In this document: one piece after another, positions 8,901 to 17,737 of the stretch
Layout: every line of letters starts with the position of its first letter
Position numbering within the stretch: position 1 is the stretch's first letter
DNA from: a virus
Lineage: Duplodnaviria; Caudoviricetes
Virus record (IMG/VR): IMGVR_UViG_3300043184_000101
Coordinates: 1 to 44,288 of that record
Direction: 5' to 3' (one strand)
DNA length: 44,288 nucleotides
The notes under the pieces: model-generated
Seen by the model: only the letters and a program-made list of their open reading frames with translations
The model's database searches: none
What the model was told of the DNA's origin: nothing
Position numbers and translations under genes: made by a program

Positions 8901-11808
8901 TGAAGCTATTAGCCACTCTGTTAACTGCTTCACTTGTGCTATCGATTTCACCTTTTAAGGCTTTTTGTAGGGCTAATTGCTCACGTTGGAGTTTAGCTAT
9001 TTCCTCATTGGCTGTAATGATTTTGTCATCTACATCTTTACCTAAAGATTTTTGTGTTGTTAGGTCTGATAGGTTAGAAAGTTGATTTGCTAAAGATTTT
9101 TCTGTTAGTTCAAGCTCTAATAAAAATGTTCTTCTTAAAGCTTCTTCTTTGCTTAGCTCGCCTCTAGTAAATTTATCTACTAGTTCCTCTATTGATTGTT
9201 TTTCTTGGTCATTAGCTACCTTAGTAAGGGCATTACGAGTTTTAATAGAACTTTCTAATCTATTTGCTTGCTCCTGGTCGGCTTTCTTTTGGGCATCTGA
9301 GACTGATTTAGCCTCTTCTTTATCTTTTCTGGCAAGTTCAGCTTTTACTGCTGAAAGACGTTTTTCTATCTCTTCTTTGTCTTTTGCTGTTATTCTAGCT
9401 ATTTGAAGTATTTCTTCTAAGCCTTCTTTTTCTACTACTAAGGGCTTCTTAATGGCTTCAGCTCTTTGTCTGGCAGCTTCTACACTTTTTGAGGTGATAG
9501 ACTCAAGAGCTTTTTCTGATTCTTCTTTAGCCTCATTAACCGATTTTGTAAGCTCATTTTTCTTTTTTTCTAAAGAAGCTTTAAGAATATTTTCTGAGCC
9601 TTGGTTTGCTTTTTGTTGGACTTCTAGCTCTGTTTCGGCAAGACGTTGTTTAGACTTAGCTACATTCTCATTTAGCTTAATTAATTTTTCAGATGTAATA
9701 TTTGCATCTAAAATAACATTAGTATTAATTGCTTTTTCAAAATCAGAAAGATCCTGTGAGAGTTCTTTTTTACGTTCTTTTGCAGACTCTTCTTGTTGGA
9801 TTAACTGTTCTGTTTTTCTCTGATTGTCGAATAAAAGCTGTTGATTAGCTTGCTGGACAATAGCTAACTCATCATCAACTGCCTTTAATTGTCTTTGAGT
9901 AGCTTCTCTAGAGTCAAAAGCAGAATTTGCACGTATTCTACTTTTCTTTTCTTCTGCTGCTTGTTCAGCTTGAGCGACTTTCTTAGCACTCTCTTGTTCA
10001 GTTTTAATTCTTTCTTGAGCAAACTCTTTTCTTTTTCTATCAATTTCAATTTCTGTGTTGATAGTAGTAGTTAATTGATTATTTAAGGCTTCTCTTTTTT
10101 GGGTAATATCCTCTTGGATTAGCTTACTTTCTGCTAGTGCATTATTGAACTTAAGAGTAGCAAGATCGTTATTAATCTTTGCAATTTCTTGGGCAGCTTG
10201 AAATTCATCTATTGCGCCTTGCCTTAGTCTTTTTTCTACATCAGCAATTTGTTTTTTGGCTAAAAGTTCAGCATTTTCTGATTGGATTTGTTGTTGTTTG
10301 CCGAGAGCCGCGACTTTTTCAGAAAGAGCATCAAGGCTTTTTCCTGTTTTCTCATTTGCATCTATTAAGCCTAAGCTATTGTTAGCTAAGCCAACAGTAG
10401 CATCACCAGCTTTTTTAAGACCATTAATAAGCTCTGTGTTAATGCCTAAAACTTTTTGTACGCTAAGAGGTAGCTCTTCTAAGATATTACCAAAGCCTGC
10501 TAAAACCTTTCCTGCTCCTTTTACAACATCTACTAACGTGTTACCAATGACTCTTACTAAGCGTTGTACGACTTCTAAAGTAACTTCTAATCCTCTTCTT
10601 ATGTCGTCATTTTCCCTAAATTCCTTGAAAGCCTGGCTGGCATTTTTAGCTATATCAGCAAAATCATCAGCAAAATCAGCACCTATAATGTTGCGTAAGC
10701 CTTGAAGTTTTGTTTCTATATCAACTAAATCTAAAGATAAACTACGTAATTTATCAGAACTGATTTTGTCTAATACAATTCCTGAGTCTCTGATTTTTTC
10801 CTTAAGGATTTCAAAGTTTCCACCAACTTGGTCGATAACCTTTTGTGCTCTGAGTCCAAAGAGCTTATAACCTATTTCTGCTTTTTCTGTACCACCAGGT
10901 AAAGCCCCAAACTTAGTAATTGTTTCATCTAAAATATCATTTAATGTTCTTTCGTTACCATTAACATCATTGAGAGCAACATCTAATTTCTCAAAGATAT
11001 CAACGCTTTTCTTTACCCCTTCTCTAGCGCTAACTACTCTTTCTGCTGTAAGGTCAATAGCGCCAACAACCTGGACAAATGTTTGCCCTATTTGGTCAGC
11101 AGCAACCCGCAAAACAGATATAGTTTCTGCGCTAACACCTGTGGTTGTAGTTAATTGATCAATTTGTTTTTGGCTTTCAACAGCTTCTTTTGTGATTTCA
11201 GAAAAAGTCTCAACTAGCTTAATTCCAGCAACTGACAATTCAGCAAACTTTTCTCCTACAGCACCTAGCCCTGGCAAAGTGCCAGCAAGCTTACCTATAG
11301 CCTCAAAACCTTTTTCTAGAGCTTGTAAGGGATTAGTTCCTGTCGCCAATGCTTCAAGAGTAGAATTAATAGAACTGGCAATTTGCTGAAGACCTTTAAT
11401 TTGCTTTTCAGAGGTTTTTTCTATTGCGCCCTGTTTTTGTTCTTCAGCTTTGAGTCTTTGCTCTGCTTCCTTTTGTGCTAATTGGTTCGCCTTTTGAGAA
11501 GCTTTTTCCTCTTGATCTACTACTCTTTCAACAAACCTAACTTGTTTTTCTACATCTTTTTCAGCTTGAATAACAAGTTTAGCCTTAGATTCAAGCTGCT
11601 TTTCTGCTGATTTGATAGCTTTAGCATTACCACTCTCTCTAGCTTTTTCTAATTTTTGCTCAGCATCAGCAACTTGTTTATTAGCAGATTCTAAAGAAAC
11701 AATAGCAAGTTTTAGTTTATCTGTGGCTGTCTCGCCTTGCTTTAATCCTGCTATAAGGCTTTGTGCTTCGGTAATTAGTTTTATTCTGATTTCTTGTTCG
11801 TTTGCCAT
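5923..11808 (-). CDS. Tail tape measure protein
   Basis: 1961 aa, largely helical; TMP-like N-terminus (EIRIKLITEAQ) and LTTTTGVSAETISVLRVAADQIG segment; C-terminal VTVNLQVQG; position between tail tube and tail tip genes. Confidence 0.88.
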   Translation of the reverse strand: MANEQEIRIKLITEAQSLIAGLKQGETATDKLKLAIVSLESANKQVADAEQKLEKARESGNAKAIKSAEKQLESKAKLVIQAEKDVEKQVRFVERVVDQEEKASQKANQLAQKEAEQRLKAEEQKQGAIEKTSEKQIKGLQQIASSINSTLEALATGTNPLQALEKGFEAIGKLAGTLPGLGAVGEKFAELSVAGIKLVETFSEITKEAVESQKQIDQLTTTTGVSAETISVLRVAADQIGQTFVQVVGAIDLTAERVVSAREGVKKSVDIFEKLDVALNDVNGNERTLNDILDETITKFGALPGGTEKAEIGYKLFGLRAQKVIDQVGGNFEILKEKIRDSGIVLDKISSDKLRSLSLDLVDIETKLQGLRNIIGADFADDFADIAKNASQAFKEFRENDDIRRGLEVTLEVVQRLVRVIGNTLVDVVKGAGKVLAGFGNILEELPLSVQKVLGINTELINGLKKAGDATVGLANNSLGLIDANEKTGKSLDALSEKVAALGKQQQIQSENAELLAKKQIADVEKRLRQGAIDEFQAAQEIAKINNDLATLKFNNALAESKLIQEDITQKREALNNQLTTTINTEIEIDRKRKEFAQERIKTEQESAKKVAQAEQAAEEKKSRIRANSAFDSREATQRQLKAVDDELAIVQQANQQLLFDNQRKTEQLIQQEESAKERKKELSQDLSDFEKAINTNVILDANITSEKLIKLNENVAKSKQRLAETELEVQQKANQGSENILKASLEKKKNELTKSVNEAKEESEKALESITSKSVEAARQRAEAIKKPLVVEKEGLEEILQIARITAKDKEEIEKRLSAVKAELARKDKEEAKSVSDAQKKADQEQANRLESSIKTRNALTKVANDQEKQSIEELVDKFTRGELSKEEALRRTFLLELELTEKSLANQLSNLSDLTTQKSLGKDVDDKIITANEEIAKLQREQLALQKALKGEIDSTSEAVNRVANSFKDSDKNASKFKDSIKENEKEIDDLNSAIQKTAGKILSIKQNFDASKASVEELKQQIIDLRADADSIRFSATLAFPGKDAVIKSFEDTAEQIQKILTERITKEEFERFKEAQERELAERRRAAQETIDIASNLEKELQRLLEDSEEKRNEIKDQIKQNDKDREDPNNPNSLFNLRKQQADKLKDFDEKQAQQELERQDAKNQQKIQKELSFQEELLNIKTNFEKEKTKAEEESLSKKANLEAEINDLLAKQSKANPEDKLKIEEDIKKKRKELSDLAEDDKARLAREAKKGEEIEAARKQADEKRKGAKTSEEIDQIEKELSIQIDGIDKKFDIEEKAEDELKKFRGKVSEETLAAIKANFEKQKQQAEEFTKEKLELDRKRYAAEQEARDKALAKEKADQEQRRKDFIDQQKKEFDDRTKSFDDKDKQLREALKKEREEYKKHVEELRTKTAESLAEISKSFNDGGAAAEKFFTDFAKNAGLTGKAIDDILKKLKQFKDEVASQNQQTNNAANNSSSASPTNPSSNTTNNQNNNSGSPSSSPFNTSGATGTIGSNIISAVQQPNGDIGANPNSNPNSNPNSPANNPNSPINDSSSPNINNNPNANSNTNSNSQPNNNIGLNPKSQNSQNLVNQNKSSNSTGNGTYPTIPPQIKTGEEYKALVLQILEAMLQKAGVTDVNAPGSGDLFLKGKKGNQIEAEAKALGREAFRAYAFTAILSNPDLAPNAEDVYQKNINSVFFGGTENNVINVIVTIDFKDGKSFTNLKGIKKRTTDIADQFIKLVEKVTKAGKDKGAKGVGIKDSPIIDGSSNQPGGGLPGDKGNDGFGDKDKPTVPKAPEVPRGRDLTDDEQGFFANREKDTQNGDGEGASKKGFVPVAPDAAVGVSPKTPNQSANNPSNPSNPSTPTNNKASIAENNNAQGQPVDSTNNSTSQSINQNNNNQVTVNLQVQGFLGDNKTVNQLKDLFSDLMSQQNQVNQDRLRQLNGANLARRG
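6189..6219. repeat. Short in-frame tandem repeat (AGAAGGGTT-like; NPS units)
   Basis: gggttgaagggttagaagggttagaagggtt encoding NPSNPSNPSTP. Confidence 0.6.
7060..7195. repeat. Low-complexity 6/12-bp repeats (GTTAGA/GTTAGG) encoding an N/P/S-rich linker
   Basis: Repeated gttagggttagagttagggttagag encoding NPNSNPNSNPNS. Confidence 0.6.
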
Positions 11809-12139
11809 AAATACTATTCTTTAACGGATACATTAAGGGAGGTATAATGTAGAGTATGTTTGCTTAGCGTTTTTTGATTTTATTTTTTGTTGTTTTGTCG
11901 TCGGATGGAAAGATAAAAACTAGGTCAGTAATATTTAACTGTAAATCAAAGACTTAAACCATTTGTTCATCGCTGTAACTACTACTATAGCAAGGCTATT
12001 GACCTGTCTGATGGTGTAAGAGTTTAGTAAATCAAGGTAGCAATGGGCTAGAAACAATTCTATAAGATAAACCTTTTAAGTTATTTTAACCTGCTGGCTG
12101 CTTTCAGGTAGCCAGCTTGATAAGAAAAATAAAAAGTAT

Positions 12140-13408
12140 ATGAACAAAAAACTTACAGATGAACAGATAAAAGAAATAGTTGAGCTTTATCATAGTAAAC
12201 CAGCCGAAAGATTAAAACTTCCCGAACGTTATAACGTCTTACCTACCTTGATATATAAAGCAATGAAGTTAGCTAAAGTAAAATTCCGGCCTATAGAAAA
12301 CCTTACCCTAACAGAAAAACAGCAAATAGTAGATTGGTATCAAGCCCATAGATTTAAAAGTATCGAACTAACTATTTTGTTTACCGTGCATCCTTCTATA
12401 ATCACCGACGTTTTGGCAGAAAGTAATATAAAACCAAGAACTGCAAGTGAGCGCCATAGACAATATAAGTGCAATTATAATTTCTTCTCTGACCTTAACC
12501 CTACCTCAGCTTATTGGGCTGGCTTCATTGCAGGAGATGGAAACATTCATATTCCACAAAGTAAAGAAGATAAAAATAAAGAAAACTATAGTCCAGTAAT
12601 AAAAATTGGCCTTGCGGCTGAAGATAAAACCCATCTTGATAAGTTTAGGGAAGCGTTAGAAAGTAACCATATTATACGGATTGTCAATCAGTCACATAGG
12701 AATAGGCAGCCTCTAGCAGATATTACTATAGCATCTCAGGAGCTTGCCGACGATTTAACCAAAAACTTTTGTATTCGCCCTAATAAATCCCTCAACATGC
12801 AATGGCCTTTACATTTACCTATTGATTTACAGCGTCACTTTTTACGCGGCCTGTTTGACGCTGATGGCTGTTGGTGGGTAGGTAAGCCCATTGGTAATCA
12901 ACATCCGCCTTTAGAATGGAGTTTAATAGGTAGTATTAGCGCTATTGAAAAGATACAAGATCTCTTGTTTGAGCATCTAGGTTTACCCAGAGGTAAATTT
13001 AATAAAAAGAAAGCTGGAAGTAAGCACAGTACACACGAGAATATTGTTGCTATTCGTTATAAAGGCAGAGGGCATGTTATTAAAATCTTCAACTTTATTT
13101 ACCAAGATGCTGGTGTATGGCTTGAAAGGAAGCGAGATAAAATCGAACCTTTTTTAAAACAAGATGAGCCAGTTCAGATGAGGCTAACTAAAGAACAACA
13201 ACTTGAAGTTTGTCGGCTCTATCAAGAAGAGAAGTTGAGTTCAGCTATTATAGCTAAACAGTTTAAAATGACGAGTAGTCCTATTCTCAAAATCCTTGAA
13301 AAACATAATGTCCCATGTCGCACTAACTCAGAAGCTCAAAAGTTAGCTAAGCAACAAAGGCTGCTATGCAAACCTATTCAACTGTCACTTAATTTTGATG
13401 AAGATTAA
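12140..13408 (+). CDS. Free-standing double-motif LAGLIDADG homing endonuclease with HTH-like repeats
   Basis: Motifs AYWAGFIAGDGNI and RHFLRGLFDADGC; repeated (L)TxEQxxEIxxLY segments at both ends; antisense to the operon. Confidence 0.88.
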   Translation: MNKKLTDEQIKEIVELYHSKPAERLKLPERYNVLPTLIYKAMKLAKVKFRPIENLTLTEKQQIVDWYQAHRFKSIELTILFTVHPSIITDVLAESNIKPRTASERHRQYKCNYNFFSDLNPTSAYWAGFIAGDGNIHIPQSKEDKNKENYSPVIKIGLAAEDKTHLDKFREALESNHIIRIVNQSHRNRQPLADITIASQELADDLTKNFCIRPNKSLNMQWPLHLPIDLQRHFLRGLFDADGCWWVGKPIGNQHPPLEWSLIGSISAIEKIQDLLFEHLGLPRGKFNKKKAGSKHSTHENIVAIRYKGRGHVIKIFNFIYQDAGVWLERKRDKIEPFLKQDEPVQMRLTKEQQLEVCRLYQEEKLSSAIIAKQFKMTSSPILKILEKHNVPCRTNSEAQKLAKQQRLLCKPIQLSLNFDED

Positions 13409-13522
13409 GTTTCTTTCTGTACTGCCAAAGAGCATAGCAACGGCAATTTGTGCGCGTTTAAACTCTTCTTCACCTTTGAAAACAGCACGTAGTATTAAGT
13501 CTATTTGACTATTGATTGCCAT
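13385..13522 (-). pseudogene. 45-aa ORF resembling a truncated tape measure N-terminus
   Basis: Translated by hand: MAINSQIDLILRAVFKGEEEFKRAQIAVAMLFG...; starts 15 bp after the previous tail gene and ends inside the 3' end of the endonuclease gene. Confidence 0.4.
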
Positions 13523-13537
13523 AAATGTTTGTTGTGG

Positions 13538-13993
13538 TTATCTAAATAAGCTAGAAAGCTTGATGGTAAGTTGTTGACTAAATTCTTTAGCCAGATCATC
13601 AGCTAACTGCTGGTCAGGAGCAAAAACAAAGCGTTTTAAGCGTTGTTGACCTCTGGCTACTGGGTCAGTGATGGTCACATTGATTTGTTCTTTAGAACCA
13701 GCAAGAGAAAAATCAAAACCCTCACCTACTCTCAATGTGTTGTAGAGCCTATCAGTTAAGCGCTCAAAAGGACGATTGCCAAACTTTCTAGAACGAATAG
13801 ACTTATAAGGCTCGTTGAACTCAGCATAATCTTGATTATCAATAGTTCTTTGAGCAGTTTCACCTACAATAAGCTTTAGTTTAGGAGATGAAAATAAGCT
13901 TTCTAAATTAGCTGATTGCTCAATGGTTGTAATAGTCAGCTTTAGCTTATTATCTAAATCTGTAGTATCAAAAGTAAATTCTAAATTAGCCAT
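13538..13993 (-). CDS. Virion morphogenesis/tail completion-like protein
   Basis: 151 aa; RPFERLTDRLYNTL resembles the L..TG.L..Si motif of this group; position in the tail module. Confidence 0.55.
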   Translation of the reverse strand: MANLEFTFDTTDLDNKLKLTITTIEQSANLESLFSSPKLKLIVGETAQRTIDNQDYAEFNEPYKSIRSRKFGNRPFERLTDRLYNTLRVGEGFDFSLAGSKEQINVTITDPVARGQQRLKRFVFAPDQQLADDLAKEFSQQLTIKLSSLFR

Positions 13994-14645
13994 AAATTGT
14001 TCTCACACTACTATGGATAGGTGTGTTTGGCTCATACCATAAGACTCTCCAGCGTCTATAAAGCTGACGACCACGATCACGAGGACAGTTATCTGGTTTA
14101 CGACCTGTCAAAACATGGATAGTGCTTTGGATAAAGTTATGATTAGGGCCAATGGTGAGTTTTGCAGGAGCAACCCAACAACGAAAGTAATAGCGATACA
14201 TTACTATATTTCTGATAGATTCATCTTCACTATTGAGGTTGGTTATTGCGACTAAGATGGAATGCTTGGAGGTGGTTGGCTCCCCTCCAGCATCACGTAT
14301 ATAGCCATCATCAATACCGCTAAATTCAAAGAAATCAAGTACATCTAAGTCTCCATTAAATGCTAATTTTGTGCCTAGAATTATTTTTTGATCCGTTAGC
14401 AAAACATCATCAGGTACATTTGAGTTTCCTGCTGGTAGTTCTTTGACTTGGAATTGTGGATCAATGTCTAGCCCTCCCAGAGTTCTACCCAAATAAAGAG
14501 AGCTAACAGGCCAAGGAACACGCCTTTCCATTGCTGGATCAGGCGGTGTTCCTTCTATTGTTAGAGGTGGCAAACCTGTCATTTCATCAAAGCTTGGGTT
14601 AGCAAAATAAAAGATGGGCCCATTTTGCAGTTGTTCAGCAAACAT
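13986..14645 (-). CDS. Tail tube-like protein (second paralog)
   Basis: LGRTLGGLDIDPQFQVKEL...PDDVLLTDQKIIL matches the siphovirus tube pattern G.T.GG...e....P.D...T. Confidence 0.55.
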   Translation of the reverse strand: MFAEQLQNGPIFYFANPSFDEMTGLPPLTIEGTPPDPAMERRVPWPVSSLYLGRTLGGLDIDPQFQVKELPAGNSNVPDDVLLTDQKIILGTKLAFNGDLDVLDFFEFSGIDDGYIRDAGGEPTTSKHSILVAITNLNSEDESIRNIVMYRYYFRCWVAPAKLTIGPNHNFIQSTIHVLTGRKPDNCPRDRGRQLYRRWRVLWYEPNTPIHSSVRTIYG

Positions 14646-14694
14646 AGTTAGTTTTAGTGATTATTGGTTAGTTTTACTTAGTTTGATTAGAAGC

Positions 14695-15801
14695 TTATGC
14701 GGCTGCTTTGAAAATGCTAGGTCTAGGAATAGATAGATAGCATATATCTTCTCTACCTTCTGGAGGTGTAGCAGTAAGTTTTAACTGGACGGGAGCGTTT
14801 TGTTTCTTTTGAGAGAGTTGTAGGCCATTACCTTTTACTTGATAAACAACCAGTTTATAGAAGTCATTGCTAGGAGTGCGACTAGTTACAATTAACCCAA
14901 ATGATTGTTGTCGTTGTAAGAAGTTAAAGAGTATGACTTGGGCATCATTGGTGCTAGCGACACCAGTGAGACCTGATGCTAAACGCAAAACTCTTGGACT
15001 AAGGTCTTGAAGGGCATTAAAGCTTATTTCAGCACTTGAGCCTGTTATATAAGAATCAATAGGAAAATAGGATTGGTCAGACTCTATTTTTTGCTCATTT
15101 CCTTGTGCATTAAAACCCAAGCCTTCTGTATAGCCAGCATGGTCTAGACCAGGAACACCAATAGCAAACCCTTCTGGATTAACATCAATGAGGCTTGGTG
15201 GAGCAGGCTTCCACTCTACGCTTATATCTAATTCGTTACTTGCTTCTCCTAGGGTGTCCAAAGCTTTTATGGTGATAATTGAGCCTTGATTGCTAAAACC
15301 AGCATTTTGACCATTTCCATAAAAGGCAGAGAAACCTGCTTTTATTTGGTCTAAGTCATTTTGCGGGTTAGAAGTGTAAAATCTTATGTTGTCTTTGGTA
15401 GGTCTTACACCATCAGCAGCATTTTTCATTGCTTCTACGACATCAACAGCAATGCCAGTAAGATTTTGATGTGTAGTTTTAACATCAACTTCAACAATTA
15501 AATCCTCAATATTGCCATCAATTTCTAGCTGGTGAAAAGTGAAAGCTAATGTAGTTCTAGGGGTAAGAAATTTGCCAGCTAATTCTGCTGTTATGCTTCC
15601 ACCTGTAGGGGTTTGATTGTTTGTTCCTCCTCTCAAAGAGTCAGATTGAAGGGAAGATAAGCCTATTTGACGGCCTCCTAGTTTGATTACATTTGAAGGA
15701 AGTGCTGGTTTTAACTTAGTTAAGTATTTTCCTGGAACAATTGTTATATTGTTTAAGCCATGAAAGATTTCTTCAATATTGCTATTGAGTCTACGTGCCA
15801 T
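14695..15801 (-). CDS. Major tail tube protein with inserted domain
   Basis: SD AAGGAGA; AGYTEGLGFNAQGNEQKIESDQSYFPIDSYITGSSAEISFNALQ tube pattern in the C-terminal half. Confidence 0.68.
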   Translation of the reverse strand: MARRLNSNIEEIFHGLNNITIVPGKYLTKLKPALPSNVIKLGGRQIGLSSLQSDSLRGGTNNQTPTGGSITAELAGKFLTPRTTLAFTFHQLEIDGNIEDLIVEVDVKTTHQNLTGIAVDVVEAMKNAADGVRPTKDNIRFYTSNPQNDLDQIKAGFSAFYGNGQNAGFSNQGSIITIKALDTLGEASNELDISVEWKPAPPSLIDVNPEGFAIGVPGLDHAGYTEGLGFNAQGNEQKIESDQSYFPIDSYITGSSAEISFNALQDLSPRVLRLASGLTGVASTNDAQVILFNFLQRQQSFGLIVTSRTPSNDFYKLVVYQVKGNGLQLSQKKQNAPVQLKLTATPPEGREDICYLSIPRPSIFKAAA

Positions 15802-15853
15802 TTTATTTCTCCTTGGGTATTAAAAAAATATGATTAATTTGTATAAATGTAGG

Positions 15854-16441
15854 TTATTTGTTGATATTAGGGCGGATGTCCATTTGTAGTTCTAGGACAG
15901 GAACTAGAGCAAATACTTTAGCTATTGCTGTATCTTTTTCTAGTAAAGCACGTCTGGTAATTTGTATATCAGGGATAGGTTGGTCTTTAGTCGGCCAACC
16001 ACTTGTAAAGACTTCAGGAGTGCAACTAGCAAAAGTCTCTAATAAAGCTTGATAAGCGCAAATGTATGATTTACCTAGTTTTGCTACTTTGGAAGGGTCA
16101 GAAGCTTTAACTGTGACACCGACATAAAACAAAATAGTTTCAACTTTGCCACTTTCTTTTTTGTCAGAAACAATTTGGCTAGGAGACAATACAAAACAAC
16201 TAGTGCTGTTAACTTCTCCTGTAAGTTCAGTGTGAAATCGCTCTATTAACTTAAGGCTACCAGGTTCTAATTTGTCTAATTGTTCTTGTTCTCTAAGTAC
16301 AGTTTCTTGATTTTCCTTAACTAGTTCAATAATTGTTTCTTGAAAAAAGGTGTCAGAAGGGCATAGATAGCGGCGTTTGGCTATTTTACCGTTTACTACC
16401 CAAGGTGGTGCTTGTGCATTCATAGGTATTTTACCTCGCAA
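15854..16441 (-). CDS. Putative tail terminator/neck protein
   Basis: Position between adaptor and tail tube genes; no diagnostic motif. Confidence 0.5.
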   Translation of the reverse strand: MRGKIPMNAQAPPWVVNGKIAKRRYLCPSDTFFQETIIELVKENQETVLREQEQLDKLEPGSLKLIERFHTELTGEVNSTSCFVLSPSQIVSDKKESGKVETILFYVGVTVKASDPSKVAKLGKSYICAYQALLETFASCTPEVFTSGWPTKDQPIPDIQITRRALLEKDTAIAKVFALVPVLELQMDIRPNINK

Positions 16442-17192
16442 AATTAGATTTTTTCTTTCCTAAAACAAAGTCTTGGAATTGTTGCTTTGCTTCTTTGAGC
16501 AGGGCATCAGCATTGATGGATAGAGAAATTGGAGGCTCAGAAGTGCTTGAGACTGTAAATAATTGTATTTGCACCAAGTGAATTTGATAGGCAACAATTG
16601 TTCTAACCAAATTTCTATAAACTCTAGCTGCGTTTGGTTGCAAAGTGCTGGTATCAGAAGGAGTGGGATAGCCTTGTTTGGCTGCTAAGGAGTAGACAAC
16701 AGCACTCCATTGATAAATCCATTCTTCTATTGTTGTGCGCTTAGGTTGGCTTTCTTCATCAAGTACAAAATCACTAACCAAACTAGTACATTCCTCTACA
16801 GTTGCCAAAGCCACTCTTTGATTTTGTTCAATAGCAGAGTTGAGCCTCCAACTATGGCTTAAATAGCCTAATCTAAACCATTCTTGCAGCATTTTAGGTA
16901 AATCTGGCAATGGCTTAAGGTATCTAAATATCTCACTGGGCAAAGAACTAGCACGTCTAAAAATAAGCTTCACTGCTGGAGATTGTTGATTGAGTAAAGA
17001 TAAAACATCTTTTTGGTGAGCATTTGGGCTATCAATTGGGTAGCCATTGCGCTCGACTATTTCCAAAAGCTCTGAATATTTGTCAGAAATATCGAGTTCA
17101 ATTGCTTCGCTTGTTGCATCACTAGATGAGCCTATTTCTAAATCAGGTAAAAATATGGCTACTTGTTCTGTTGTGCAGAAAAAGATACTCAT
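16431..17192 (-). CDS. Head-tail adaptor-like protein with two tandem adaptor domains
   Basis: Two repeats: FCTTEQV...GYPID and LATVEEC...GYPTP, like the YcT.edv...gY.vP pattern of DUF1320/gp36-type adaptors. Confidence 0.6.
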   Translation of the reverse strand: MSIFFCTTEQVAIFLPDLEIGSSSDATSEAIELDISDKYSELLEIVERNGYPIDSPNAHQKDVLSLLNQQSPAVKLIFRRASSLPSEIFRYLKPLPDLPKMLQEWFRLGYLSHSWRLNSAIEQNQRVALATVEECTSLVSDFVLDEESQPKRTTIEEWIYQWSAVVYSLAAKQGYPTPSDTSTLQPNAARVYRNLVRTIVAYQIHLVQIQLFTVSSTSEPPISLSINADALLKEAKQQFQDFVLGKKKSNFAR

Positions 17193-17224
17193 AAATTCTT
17201 TAGATTAGATTTAAATTCTTTAGG

Positions 17225-17722
17225 CTATTTGGTGTGGATAACTTTGAGGTAAGCACCTCTAAAGCTATTGGTAGAGTCAGCATTAGAGTCTTCAAAATGA
17301 AAACTTAGCGTATGGCTTACGGTGTTGTCGTAGGGTAAGTAACCATTAAACCCAATATTTGCAACGCTTATTGCTCCTGCTAATTCAACTAACTCTATTA
17401 GATCTAGTGATTGACCTAAAAATTGGGTTCCTTCTGCGATAAAATAACTAAATGGAGAAAAAATTTCCTGACCATCGAGTTTAACTTTTAATGAGCCAGA
17501 TAGGTTATTGACCCCAGCAACAGTTTTTAATCTTAGAGTCGCGTTGATTTTGCCTCCTGGCTGGGTAAAAAAGTTTGGAGGTATTGTAAAGCTATATATT
17601 TGTTGTTCACCTTGATCACCAGTCTTTATAGTAGTTTGAGCTTGAAGGCTGAGGATGCTTATAGGGTTGTTCTTAGAGGTTCGTTTAGGTAAAGGTAATT
17701 GATTTTCTCTTAGTGAAAACAT
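17225..17722 (-). CDS. Hypothetical phage structural protein (165 aa; start corrected to 17722)
   Basis: SD AAAGGAAA before ATG at 17722; the 204-aa ORF-track version runs into the inserted MITE. Confidence 0.7.
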   Translation of the reverse strand: MFSLRENQLPLPKRTSKNNPISILSLQAQTTIKTGDQGEQQIYSFTIPPNFFTQPGGKINATLRLKTVAGVNNLSGSLKVKLDGQEIFSPFSYFIAEGTQFLGQSLDLIELVELAGAISVANIGFNGYLPYDNTVSHTLSFHFEDSNADSTNSFRGAYLKVIHTK

Positions 17723-17737
17723 TGTTTTTCCTTTCTT

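Noticed and set aside
6469-11824. Numerous plus-strand ORFs opposite the tape measure gene (and likewise opposite Rhs, capsid, portal, terL and rep)
   Set aside because: Antisense shadows with S/L/F-rich composition and no motifs
11809-13522. Group I intron or intein around the LAGLIDADG gene
   Set aside because: The ORF is antisense to the operon, has no intein termini, and no intron core elements were recognised
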